A stretch of DNA of 64,000 nucleotides from Nitrososphaerota archaeon (GTDB lineage Archaea > Thermoproteota > Nitrososphaeria_A > Caldarchaeales > Calditenuaceae). The number at the start of each line of letters is the position of its first letter. Position 1 is the stretch's first letter. The position numbers and the translations under genes were made by a program. Under the pieces are notes generated by a model. It made no database searches. It was given only the letters and a program-made list of their open reading frames with translations, and was not told where the DNA came from. Shown one piece after another: positions 48,222-57,368 of the stretch. The DNA lies in NCBI GenBank assembly GCA_038845265.1, contig JAWBQR010000005.1:60558-124557 (forward strand), read 5' to 3'.

Positions 48222-49178
48222 CTAACTACTATCCAGTATACTCTTCGCCTCGCTCATTGCTTTTTCATAAAGCTCCCTCGATATGCATGACTTCTCGAGA
48301 AGCTGCTCAAGCTCCTCAGCATCAATTATCATTCTCTCACCATTGGGCTTCTCAACTACGTCGATCCCTAAGTCGATGTACCATGCATGACTCTCGTAGA
48401 GGTGGATTGGCGTTGAGATGTTGATGTATCTACCCTTCTCGGCATTACCCAGCCCATAATATCTAGTTTCCATTCTCCAGCTGAATCTTTTGATTCTGCT
48501 TATCGATACGTCGCCCGGAGTCTTGTCCACTCCCAATCCGTTGTACTTGCCGAAGCCCTTAATGATGCGCCTGCCGATCAGCACCTCGCCACTCCGATAA
48601 AATCTGAAGGGCCCCAATAGAATCTTTCCAGAGAGAGGCTTCAAGTGATGAATCATCCCTGAGCTGCCCTTCCTCGGAGCCAATCTATTTATTAACCCAG
48701 TTATCTTCTGCTCAGCTATTTCTCTATTTAAAGCACCTATATCTACGAGTTCTTCAAGCATGCTCACGATGTTGGAGAGCGTCTCGCCTCCTGCCCTGCA
48801 GAAATGATGATACGGCAATGTGTAGGTGATCTTCGCTCTGATGATGTCTAGGGATGTCTTCGCCTCTGCTGGAAAATAAATCCCTGCACTCGCCACTCCA
48901 CCGTGAATCCGGATCGGAGTAACCACGACCTGCCACGATATTTCTCTAATATCTTGGACAAACTCCATAACTGACTCCGGTCCCCCCTGAATCACGACGC
49001 CCTCCTTGTCTCCGGTATCGTTAATGATGACGTCTGGAGCTACTGATGAAGTACATGCCCCAAACCTCTCCTCCTGACTCTTAGTCGGATTAACAAGCTC
49101 GTGTCCATGGTCTAGTAGATGCTTCGTCAACGCAGTGGAGTATATTCCCCTAATGCTGAATCTCAACTCTATGTCCAC
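48222..49178 (-). CDS. FAU-1-like RNA-binding protein/RNase (DUF402 C-terminus)
   Basis: IRGIYSTALT N-terminus, LPYHH, GRYINISTP..YIDLGIDVV..IID.EEL. Confidence 0.82.
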   Translation of the reverse strand: MDIELRFSIRGIYSTALTKHLLDHGHELVNPTKSQEERFGACTSSVAPDVIINDTGDKEGVVIQGGPESVMEFVQDIREISWQVVVTPIRIHGGVASAGIYFPAEAKTSLDIIRAKITYTLPYHHFCRAGGETLSNIVSMLEELVDIGALNREIAEQKITGLINRLAPRKGSSGMIHHLKPLSGKILLGPFRFYRSGEVLIGRRIIKGFGKYNGLGVDKTPGDVSISRIKRFSWRMETRYYGLGNAEKGRYINISTPIHLYESHAWYIDLGIDVVEKPNGERMIIDAEELEQLLEKSCISRELYEKAMSEAKSILDSS

Positions 49179-51065
49179 CTACTGGCGGAGTGATAGGCGT
49201 TTCTTCACAAGTTCACTAAGCACCGCTCCGTCCACTCTTCCCCTATAGAGCTTCATAAGCCTCCCCATTATATGTCCAGACGGCTCCGACCTCGGCTGGA
49301 TCGATAACGCCTCATCGATCAGCCTGTCTATCTCCTGTATAACTTCTTCGAGCGGTGGAGCCCTGAGGCCGAGCTTATCTATTGCGTCGGATGCAGAGGC
49401 GTCTGGATTTCGTGAGAGATATGCCAGTACTTGTTTGGCTGACTCCTTGGCTGTCTGGCCAGTGACTACGAGCCTGAAATATTCCTTGACCTTGGAGAAG
49501 TCTACCTCATCGACTGGGTGGCCCTCACGTCTAAGCTCCTTGTATCCCTCGGTCAGGAAGCTGGCTGCGAAGCTCGGCTGTACACCTATGGCTACAAGCT
49601 CCTCAAACTCATGGAGCCGCTCCGAGTCTATCAACTCCCATACCAGCTGCCTGCTGAGTCTATACTTGTTTGAGAGTATGGATGCAAGCTCGTCGAGCGT
49701 TGGCGGGAGACTGGACTCAATCTCTTCTAGGAGACTCTTACTGACAATTAGTGGAGGAATATCTGTCTCTGGATACATCCTCGCCGAGCCCGGCCTGGGC
49801 CTCATGTAGAAGGTTGTGCCGTCGGGCCTCGGGCCTCTTGTCTCTCCTGGTACCGATACTACTGCCTCTGCCGCCCTGCTTCTCACTGCCTCCAGCGCCT
49901 CGAGCGCGTCATGCGTCTTCTCAGCTATCATCACGAATGCATCATTGCTGCTGAGTCCTAGTCTGGAGGCAACTGCGTCGACCTCTGCCTGGCTTATCCC
50001 GTAGTTTGGGAGCTCGTCTGAGTGGAATATTCCCTCGACTCCTGCCCATGCCTTTGCGTATTCTGATAGGTCGCGTCCAAGCCTCACCATCTCGTCCCCA
50101 GCGCTCCTCAGCAGTCCGGCGAAGCCTGGGAGCCTGAGGGCATACACTCGTCCGCCCTCGCCTATCTTTCTGAGCAGGACGCGGCTCGCTGTTGATGAGA
50201 AGATGTCTGTCACGTCGACTGGCCGCTCTAATTGGACTTTCTCAGGAGTTACTCCGCGCTCTCTCAGCTTCTCCTTTATATGGAGGAGGTGGCTCAGTCT
50301 ACGCACCTCGTAGTCTATTATCTTGGGTATCAGGTCGAGCTCCTGTACGCCCTTCACCTCCACTATCCCGGTCCCCTTGATGGAGATGTTTAGGTCTTGC
50401 CGGACCGTACCTATTCCTCTCTTTACCTTTCCGGTCGCCCTCAGTATCTTTCCGATCGCGTATGCGGCCTTCGCTGCTTGCTCTGGGTCAGTGATTACGG
50501 GCGCCGTTGAGACCTCTATCAACGGTATGCCGAGCCTCGATAAGTCATAGACCACGTGCGTCGGCTTTGTCTCTACTAGTTTAGCGGCGTCCTCCTCCAG
50601 CGTTATTGTCTGTATCGGTATCTCCTGTCCATCAACCATTATTCTTCCACCAGTAGCTACGATGCATGTTCTCTGGAAGCCAGTTGTGTTAGAGCCGTCT
50701 ATCACTATCTTCCTCATCACGTGTATCTCGTCTACGGGCCTCGCGTCTAGGAGCCTGGCGACGGTGAGCGCGATTCTGACCGCCTCACTATTCAGCATGT
50801 GTGGAGGCTCTTCATCCATCTCGACTAGACATGTGCATCCGAGGTCTGCCCTATAGATGATTCGCCGCATCTTCTTCATCTCGAACCTAGCGGCCGGGTC
50901 TATCTCGCCTAGTTCTGACTGGGTCTCCCTCAGCCTCCTCGTGAACTCAATTGTTCTCTCAACGCCGGTCGGAGAAGTCCTGCAGCTGCAGAATAGCTTT
51001 CTCTCAGTGTCCAGTTGCCGGTGAATCTCTATTCCGACCCTTAGTCCTAGTTCTTTGTAGTTCAT
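49179..51065 (-). CDS. gatE: Glu-tRNA(Gln) amidotransferase subunit E
   Basis: GIEIHRQL, DEEPPH, MRKIVIDGSNTTGFQRT, RQDLNIS, HSDELP, RMYPETD. Confidence 0.96.
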   Translation of the reverse strand: MNYKELGLRVGIEIHRQLDTERKLFCSCRTSPTGVERTIEFTRRLRETQSELGEIDPAARFEMKKMRRIIYRADLGCTCLVEMDEEPPHMLNSEAVRIALTVARLLDARPVDEIHVMRKIVIDGSNTTGFQRTCIVATGGRIMVDGQEIPIQTITLEEDAAKLVETKPTHVVYDLSRLGIPLIEVSTAPVITDPEQAAKAAYAIGKILRATGKVKRGIGTVRQDLNISIKGTGIVEVKGVQELDLIPKIIDYEVRRLSHLLHIKEKLRERGVTPEKVQLERPVDVTDIFSSTASRVLLRKIGEGGRVYALRLPGFAGLLRSAGDEMVRLGRDLSEYAKAWAGVEGIFHSDELPNYGISQAEVDAVASRLGLSSNDAFVMIAEKTHDALEALEAVRSRAAEAVVSVPGETRGPRPDGTTFYMRPRPGSARMYPETDIPPLIVSKSLLEEIESSLPPTLDELASILSNKYRLSRQLVWELIDSERLHEFEELVAIGVQPSFAASFLTEGYKELRREGHPVDEVDFSKVKEYFRLVVTGQTAKESAKQVLAYLSRNPDASASDAIDKLGLRAPPLEEVIQEIDRLIDEALSIQPRSEPSGHIMGRLMKLYRGRVDGAVLSELVKKRLSLRQ

Positions 51066-52402
51066 GCCGCATCAGGTCTCCTCGATGTAGGCATCGTGCG
51101 GCTACTCAGCTCGCCGGCGACTGGCGTCAGCATGTATCTTCGCACCTCGTCTGGTTCGCTGGTCCTAGCGAGGACCCACATCAGCTTGACTAGGGCTGTC
51201 TCGGAGAGCATGTCTTCAAGCGGTGTTACGCCCGCCCGCATTATGTCGCGTCCATTGTCATATACATACATGTTTACTCTTCCGTATCGGCATTGGGAAG
51301 TCATGCCTAGGAAGACGCCCATGCTCCTCGCTCTCTTTAGGACTGGTATCCAGTCCGAGGAGACGTGTCCAAGCCCAGTGCCTTCAATTATGATGCCCCT
51401 GAATCCTCTATCCAAGAAGTACTCAACTATCTCGGGGCCTAGTGATGGATAAAACTTGATTAGCGCCGCCCTATCGCTGAATCCCGGCCTAAAGAGGTAT
51501 CCATCGCCTCCACGCCTATTGATATTCTGATCATTGATTATTATCTCGCCATTCCTCACATATGCTATTGGGCTTGCATTCACACTTCTGAACGCGTCTC
51601 TACTGCTTGTATGCATCTTCACGACCCTTGTCCCTCTGTGGACAGCAATCACGTCGTCTGAGTGCCAATCATGCATCGCTACGACTACTTCTCCGAAGGG
51701 CGCCTGGGCGGCTAATCGGACAGCCGCTATCAGGTTGACCGCCGCATCGCTGGATGGCCTATCACTGCTTCTCTGAGCACCCACTAGGACGACTGGAATA
51801 GGTGTGCCTGAGAGTGCAAAGCTAAGAGCCGCTGCAGTGTAGTGCAGCGTGTCAGTCCCATGAGAGATAACTACTCCCGAGAATCCGCCACGTATCTTTT
51901 CATCTATCTTTCGCGCAATGGTGTCCCAATCGATGGGAGTCATGTTCTCGCTAAACTTTGACAGCAGCACCTCAGCCTCTACGTATGCTATCTCCGCGAT
52001 CTCAGGTACTAGTGTTATTAGGTCTTCGGACGTTAGCGCTGGTTTGACGGCTCCGGTCCTATAGTCGACTCTGCTGGCGATTGTTCCTCCGGTGCTTATG
52101 ATTGAGACGTGGGGTAGGCTCGGGTCTAGGGATGGAGGCTCCGGCCTTCTAAATGCAGGTCTAGGCCCAGGCCCGAGACGCCTAACTTGGGTATTCTCGG
52201 TTATCGCTATTCCCACGTTGTAGCCGTTCTTGAGCTTTAGGACGATGTATCCGTCCTCGGCATATTCATACCTAGACATCAGGTATCCTCTGTAGACTTC
52301 TCCGTCTGGCTTGACCACCTCGACCTCATCTCCAACATCAATTCCAGCATTAATCAGCAGGTCCCGAACCATGCCCCTATATCCATGCCAAGACTCAGTC
52401 AT
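51062..52402 (-). CDS. gatD: Glu-tRNA(Gln) amidotransferase subunit D
   Basis: KLKNGYNVG, STGGTIASRVDYRTG, HGTDT, GAQRSSDRPSSD. Confidence 0.96.
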   Translation of the reverse strand: MTESWHGYRGMVRDLLINAGIDVGDEVEVVKPDGEVYRGYLMSRYEYAEDGYIVLKLKNGYNVGIAITENTQVRRLGPGPRPAFRRPEPPSLDPSLPHVSIISTGGTIASRVDYRTGAVKPALTSEDLITLVPEIAEIAYVEAEVLLSKFSENMTPIDWDTIARKIDEKIRGGFSGVVISHGTDTLHYTAAALSFALSGTPIPVVLVGAQRSSDRPSSDAAVNLIAAVRLAAQAPFGEVVVAMHDWHSDDVIAVHRGTRVVKMHTSSRDAFRSVNASPIAYVRNGEIIINDQNINRRGGDGYLFRPGFSDRAALIKFYPSLGPEIVEYFLDRGFRGIIIEGTGLGHVSSDWIPVLKRARSMGVFLGMTSQCRYGRVNMYVYDNGRDIMRAGVTPLEDMLSETALVKLMWVLARTSEPDEVRRYMLTPVAGELSSRTMPTSRRPDAA

Positions 52403-52519
52403 CGATTTGACACTCTAAGCCAAGATAAACCAACGATAATTAAAGCTTAGCGACTATAAATCCTCCCAACCATGGATTATAACTCTTCGGAAGAGGACAA
52501 GTGCATCTTTTCCGATAAA

Positions 52520-53191
52520 TTATGCTTTCTTCCTGCCCTCTATGACTGCTAGGAGCCAATAAGGCTCATCACTCAAGTAGACCAATGATGCATGACTGAG
52601 ACTACGGATGTGTTCCATCAACTGTCTCAGCAATCTGCCGCACTTGACTAATTCATAGCCACGGAGCCTCACTCTTAGCCCATGCCTCTCTAGAAAAGCA
52701 GCAACCCAACCAATACCTATTAAGGAGGAAGCAGTGATTAATAATTGTCCATTACTCTTCAGCAGCCTCGGAACATCGTGCAGGTGTCTATTCAGGAATT
52801 CCCTCCCATCAATTCCTCCCCACGTGTATCTTGGCAACGGTCTTGGAGAAGGAGTCATTGGAGGATTCAGCACTACCATGTCAAAGGATGCGTCCCTTAG
52901 GCATGAAGAGCCATCACCGACAACGACGTCAACCATCTCGACCAGATTATTCATCCTGAAGTTCTCGAGAGCGTTTCTACATGCCCTCACTGAGATGTCT
53001 AGGCACACGACACGCCCAGCACCCCTACGTAGAGCTATCAGCCCGATAATCCCCGTCCCACAGCCGAGGTCGAGGACAACGGCCCCCGAGGAGATATCCA
53101 TGTTTTTTATCAGCATCTTCGTTGACCTTTTCGGTGGATAAACATTGCTCCAAACATCCAGCAAGACACCTTCAAGACGCACCTGCATCAA
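52520..53191 (-). CDS. HemK/PrmC-like SAM-dependent methyltransferase
   Basis: VYPP, VLDLGCGTG, NPPM (NPPY-like), WGGIDGR. Confidence 0.8.
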   Translation of the reverse strand: MMQVRLEGVLLDVWSNVYPPKRSTKMLIKNMDISSGAVVLDLGCGTGIIGLIALRRGAGRVVCLDISVRACRNALENFRMNNLVEMVDVVVGDGSSCLRDASFDMVVLNPPMTPSPRPLPRYTWGGIDGREFLNRHLHDVPRLLKSNGQLLITASSLIGIGWVAAFLERHGLRVRLRGYELVKCGRLLRQLMEHIRSLSHASLVYLSDEPYWLLAVIEGRKKA

Positions 53192-53223
53192 TTTTTATGA
53201 TGAAGCATAACAATCCTATAAGC

Positions 53224-54207
53224 ATGAATACGCCGATTGAGGGCGACTATATCTATTCTCGAGGCGTGGGGTACCTGGCCGTAAAAGGAGTCATACACCC
53301 ACCACAAAGAATAGTCGCCTACCCAAAATACCCAGAACATAAGGGCATAATCACGAAGATATCGAGCATAGAGGAGGCATATGCATACCTCAGGGAGAGG
53401 ATGCCAGAAGCCATACTCTTCGACGACCACTCAGGACAAGTCCTTCCACAAATACCGATCGAAAAAATAACTAGACATGTATCGGCAAAGGCATGGTTCA
53501 AGAACAATCGCCCGACCGACGAGGTTACTAGGCTATCCGCTGAACTAGCCGAGATGATAAGTAGATACTCAGGAATAGATCTCGAAGCGGTCGGGCTTAC
53601 CGGCTCTGCCCTCCTCGGACTACAGAAGCCAACCTCAGACATCGACCTAGTATTCTACTCCATGAAAAATGCACCGGCAGTAATTGATGCCTTATCAACC
53701 ATGAGGAAAGAGGGAAAGACACGGCCAGTCGACATCTTGCATTCACATGACATAGCCACAAAGAGAAGCGACAGCGCAGTAACACTCGAGGACTGGATAA
53801 AGCATGAATCCCGCAAGCTACTATACGGAACATATAGAGGAGTAGTATATTCTGCAAAGGTTGTCCCACTTCCGGAAGAGTACTGGGAGCCATATGGGTC
53901 AGCAATGTGGCGGGAGTTTGGCAGAGCAGTACTCGTCGCAGAAGTAACTGATGACAGCTACTCCATCTACACTCCAAACATGTATGGAATAAGGGTAATA
54001 GAGATCATTAGGGGTCCTGAGGAGGGCTATAGATGCAGGGCCGTCGCGTCCTTCAGGTCTAGGTTCGCCGAGCAGGCCAGGAGTGGAGAAGTCGTGAAGA
54101 TCTCAGGAAGACTCGAGTATGACCTCAAGTCAAAAAACTACCGAATATTCATAGGAAATCATCGGGACGACTACATTTTGAGACACGATAATACGACTCA
54201 TGACTAG
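53224..54207 (+). CDS. Predicted Pol-beta-fold nucleotidyltransferase (COG1665-like), paralog 1
   Basis: HPP..Y.KY N-domain; GLTGSALLG..SDIDLV catalytic motif; start moved to ATG 53224 to avoid overlap with the divergent gene. Confidence 0.78.
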   Translation: MNTPIEGDYIYSRGVGYLAVKGVIHPPQRIVAYPKYPEHKGIITKISSIEEAYAYLRERMPEAILFDDHSGQVLPQIPIEKITRHVSAKAWFKNNRPTDEVTRLSAELAEMISRYSGIDLEAVGLTGSALLGLQKPTSDIDLVFYSMKNAPAVIDALSTMRKEGKTRPVDILHSHDIATKRSDSAVTLEDWIKHESRKLLYGTYRGVVYSAKVVPLPEEYWEPYGSAMWREFGRAVLVAEVTDDSYSIYTPNMYGIRVIEIIRGPEEGYRCRAVASFRSRFAEQARSGEVVKISGRLEYDLKSKNYRIFIGNHRDDYILRHDNTTHD

Positions 54208-54641
54208 TCATAGGAGAGCAGCGCTATCGCAATTATCGCGAAAGCTATGCCAGCCATATGTCGATTAGTTATTGCCTCTCCGAGAAACAGCACCGAGAGG
54301 GTGACGGTAACAACTGGATAGACAGCTGTTAATGGAACGACTAGGGATGCCTTCCCACTGCTGAGCGAGAGCATGAAACAGATAGTCCCAACGGCTCCGA
54401 GGATGCCTGTCAAGACGGCTAGGTATGCAGTGTTCCCGACCGGCGGTCTTGGCGGGCCCTGCGTTAACATGTAGGTCGTCAGGATTAGGAAGGAGCCCAA
54501 CATGTTATAGAGAATTATCGAGGCCCATGACGCTCTCTCAAGTACTAGCTTACTGACAAAGCCCCAGCAACCCCATGCCACGATTGCTAGAAACGCATAG
54601 ATGATCCATCCCTCGACTCTCATAGAAAATTCATCGAGCAA
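54204..54641 (-). CDS. Single-domain EamA/DMT membrane protein
   Basis: About 140 aa, five TM segments, GKASLVVPLTAVYPVVTV.L..LFLGE. Confidence 0.85.
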   Translation of the reverse strand: MLDEFSMRVEGWIIYAFLAIVAWGCWGFVSKLVLERASWASIILYNMLGSFLILTTYMLTQGPPRPPVGNTAYLAVLTGILGAVGTICFMLSLSSGKASLVVPLTAVYPVVTVTLSVLFLGEAITNRHMAGIAFAIIAIALLSYD

Positions 54642-54708
54642 ATCTCAATATATAGTCGATTTTATTCATCATTGATTTATAAAATGCCGCATAATTGATT
54701 AGACTAGG

Positions 54709-55737
54709 ATGGATAGGCCGCTGAGGGACCACGACTACTTTGAGACGAGCGACGACTGGATATTCTGCGTGATTGGAGACGTGCATCCACCTGGCAGAGT
54801 CTTTAGCTTCCTGAAGTATATCCCGGGCGAGGGACCATGGAGATACTCTGGAAAGACCTACAGGAGAGTGATTGGGATATACTCGGTCGAGGAGCTCCTC
54901 AGGACAATGGAGCTCATAAGGACGACGAGGCCGGAATATCTCTACTATGATGAGACAGTCTCGGAGACGATTACTGCTCCGCCGGCATCATCGATAAGGA
55001 GAGCCTTCTATCCAGAGGCCGCTGCGAGGCGTATACTTAATGATGGACCCAGTAGTGTTCTTGAGAGTATTGCCGCTGAACTGATAATTACTCTCTCTGA
55101 GAATTCCGGCGTCTCTCCATCTAGGTTTGGCGTGACCGGCTCGCTCCTCCTAGGAAATCATCACGAGGAATCTGATATTGATCTGCTGGTCTATGGGCAG
55201 GAGGAGTTCTGGAGGGTTATGGATGTTATTGATTCCTTGTCGAGAAGCGGTGCCTTGAGGCTCTTCCGCGACCTCACAGTCGATGACTGGGTCTCCAGAG
55301 CGTCTAGGAAGTACCCCCTGCTAGGCCTCGAGGACATCAGGGCCCTCTCGAGGAGAGTTATGAATAAGGGCTTCTATAGGGGCAGGAAGTTCTCGATATA
55401 TGGTGTTAGGCAGAGCCCGATCCATCGCTACGGCGAGGTCACTTACCATCCAATTGGAAGCGTTAGGGGTGTATTTGAGGTTAAGTCGAAGCTCGAGGCA
55501 GGTTTTACTCCAGCCATATATCTGGTCGAGGAGAACGAGTATGGAGTTGATAGGATTGTTACTTACGACATGATGCTCGCATGCATGTTTAGGCCGGGCG
55601 ATATAGTTGAGGCGTCTGGAAAGCTTGAATACGCAGTCAGGAGAGGAGGAGAGTCCTGGAGGCAGCTCCTAGTGGGCTCGTTCAGGAACGCGGGAAAGGA
55701 ATACATCAAGCTTCTTAGGCCGTCTGGTTATTCATGA
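54709..55737 (+). CDS. Predicted Pol-beta-fold nucleotidyltransferase (COG1665-like), paralog 2
   Basis: RDHDY, HPP..FLKY; GVTGSLLLG..SDIDLLVYG; C-terminal GD.VEASGKLE. Confidence 0.8.
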   Translation: MDRPLRDHDYFETSDDWIFCVIGDVHPPGRVFSFLKYIPGEGPWRYSGKTYRRVIGIYSVEELLRTMELIRTTRPEYLYYDETVSETITAPPASSIRRAFYPEAAARRILNDGPSSVLESIAAELIITLSENSGVSPSRFGVTGSLLLGNHHEESDIDLLVYGQEEFWRVMDVIDSLSRSGALRLFRDLTVDDWVSRASRKYPLLGLEDIRALSRRVMNKGFYRGRKFSIYGVRQSPIHRYGEVTYHPIGSVRGVFEVKSKLEAGFTPAIYLVEENEYGVDRIVTYDMMLACMFRPGDIVEASGKLEYAVRRGGESWRQLLVGSFRNAGKEYIKLLRPSGYS

Positions 55738-57273
55738 CTTTAGGATTCTCCTGATGGTCTCCACTGCTTTCATCTGGTTCCAGATCGGGGTCCAAGGCAT
55801 CATTACGAACTGATATCTCGGGTCGAGAGCCTTCTCGACTATTCTTTGGTCTCCCGCCTTGAGGTATCCGGATACGAATGAGGCGGTGTAGCTTTCTAGT
55901 TCTTCTCCATCTATGTAGTGTCCCATGTAGAGTATGCATTCTGCAATGTCCCATGACTGGTCTCCCCTGAAGGACGCCTGCTCGAGGTCTACTATACAGA
56001 CTTCTCCATTCTTATCTATGATGAAGTTGTCTGGCTTGCAGTCTCCAATCACGATGCCGGCCCTATGAATCTTTGCCAGTGTCTCTCCGCATCTATGTGA
56101 TGCCTCTTCTGGCTTTACATTCTGTTTCTTTGTCCAGACCCTGATAAGGTCCATGCCGTCGATTGATTCTTCTATGATTATTTTTCTCTCCCAGTCGACG
56201 TGAATTATGTAGGGGACATTGAATCCATTCTCCCTTAAGTAGCTGAGGAAGAATAGCTCGTTTCCGAGACGCATCGATGCCGAGTAAAAGAAGTTTCTGA
56301 GATGCATGGCCCATATCTTTGCTACGACCCACTTAACGTCTGTCCACGACTCATACCTCTTAATGAAGAATCTCCTAGCAGGCTCGGAGTCTCTCCGCAG
56401 CACTGCGATGAATGTCGAGTTAAAGAGCGAGCCAGTCTTTGTTATCTCGATCTTTTCATAGCCTTCTCGAATGTAGGAAGTGAGTACATCCTGTATGTCT
56501 TGGTTGGATGCGAGGGCCCATGTGCCACTCGAGGTACTTATGAGTACGTATTGGTCAGGGTCTATTGGCTGTTCGTCGAGAGGAGTATCAACAGTCTCTG
56601 ATATCAAGAGCATCGGGCTCATGACTCCTATCTTTCCTGTCTTGAATAGATGAGTTATCCTCGAGTCCGCCTTGATTCCCGAGAGCGCCCCGCCGAGCCT
56701 ATTCATATCTAGCCTCTTGGCAACTTCCTGATTGACTGAGTAGCCTTTATCGCTCTTGGTCAGTAGTCCATCATGGCAGAGATTTTCAAGCCCCTCATCT
56801 ACGTTTCTCAACACTTTTTTCAACAGCCCGCTTGAAGCCTCGCTGATCCACCAGTATATTCTTGAGGCTGGTGGGTAGAGTGTTACTCTTGCCTTAATCT
56901 TCTTGAATAGGAAATATTCTGGGAGGAAACTCATTCTAAAGACACCCATGCCATAGTCATTGATTGCATCATAAATTATCTCGAGTATTATTCTCTTCAG
57001 ATATTTCTGCATCAAATTTTTTATCCTATCTTCGCCCTGACGCGTATTGAATGGTGTTAAAAGTCTAGATGCGAAGAATTCACCCATCTCTGACTTTTCG
57101 ACATCCTTCGACACCACATCTAGGCTGACCACAAGTTTTCTTGACTTCTCGTCCTCAATAGTGGATATCTCTGTTTTTGGTGCTTGATGTATCTCAAGTA
57201 ATTCATTCCTTATGCCTCTTCTAGTCTTTACTGGATACTCTATGCAGGCAACGATGTTCTCTTTCTTAGTCAT
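55732..57273 (-). CDS. Atypical (Bud32/RIO/Kdo-like) kinase with a long unassigned N-terminal region
   Basis: FFIK (beta3 Lys), NE (helix C Glu), HRAGIVIGDCKPDN catalytic loop, VDLE metal-binding loop, WDIAE. Confidence 0.75.
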   Translation of the reverse strand: MTKKENIVACIEYPVKTRRGIRNELLEIHQAPKTEISTIEDEKSRKLVVSLDVVSKDVEKSEMGEFFASRLLTPFNTRQGEDRIKNLMQKYLKRIILEIIYDAINDYGMGVFRMSFLPEYFLFKKIKARVTLYPPASRIYWWISEASSGLLKKVLRNVDEGLENLCHDGLLTKSDKGYSVNQEVAKRLDMNRLGGALSGIKADSRITHLFKTGKIGVMSPMLLISETVDTPLDEQPIDPDQYVLISTSSGTWALASNQDIQDVLTSYIREGYEKIEITKTGSLFNSTFIAVLRRDSEPARRFFIKRYESWTDVKWVVAKIWAMHLRNFFYSASMRLGNELFFLSYLRENGFNVPYIIHVDWERKIIIEESIDGMDLIRVWTKKQNVKPEEASHRCGETLAKIHRAGIVIGDCKPDNFIIDKNGEVCIVDLEQASFRGDQSWDIAECILYMGHYIDGEELESYTASFVSGYLKAGDQRIVEKALDPRYQFVMMPWTPIWNQMKAVETIRRILKS

Positions 57274-57368
57274 ACTCTTTTCCAGAAATGTAATCTATAT
57301 CCATAATCATAAATGTAGTGGTCTTATTAAGATGGAGAAATAATTAATATGAATGACTCTGCAGATAT

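Noticed and set aside
52483-52495. Short hairpin CTCTTCGGAAGAG between the methyltransferase and gatD
   Set aside because: Too short to distinguish from chance and has no U-tract or other supporting context
53122-53223. N-terminal extension of nucleotidyltransferase paralog 1 given by the ORF track
   Set aside because: It overlaps the divergent methyltransferase start, and similarity to paralog 2 begins only at about ATG 53224
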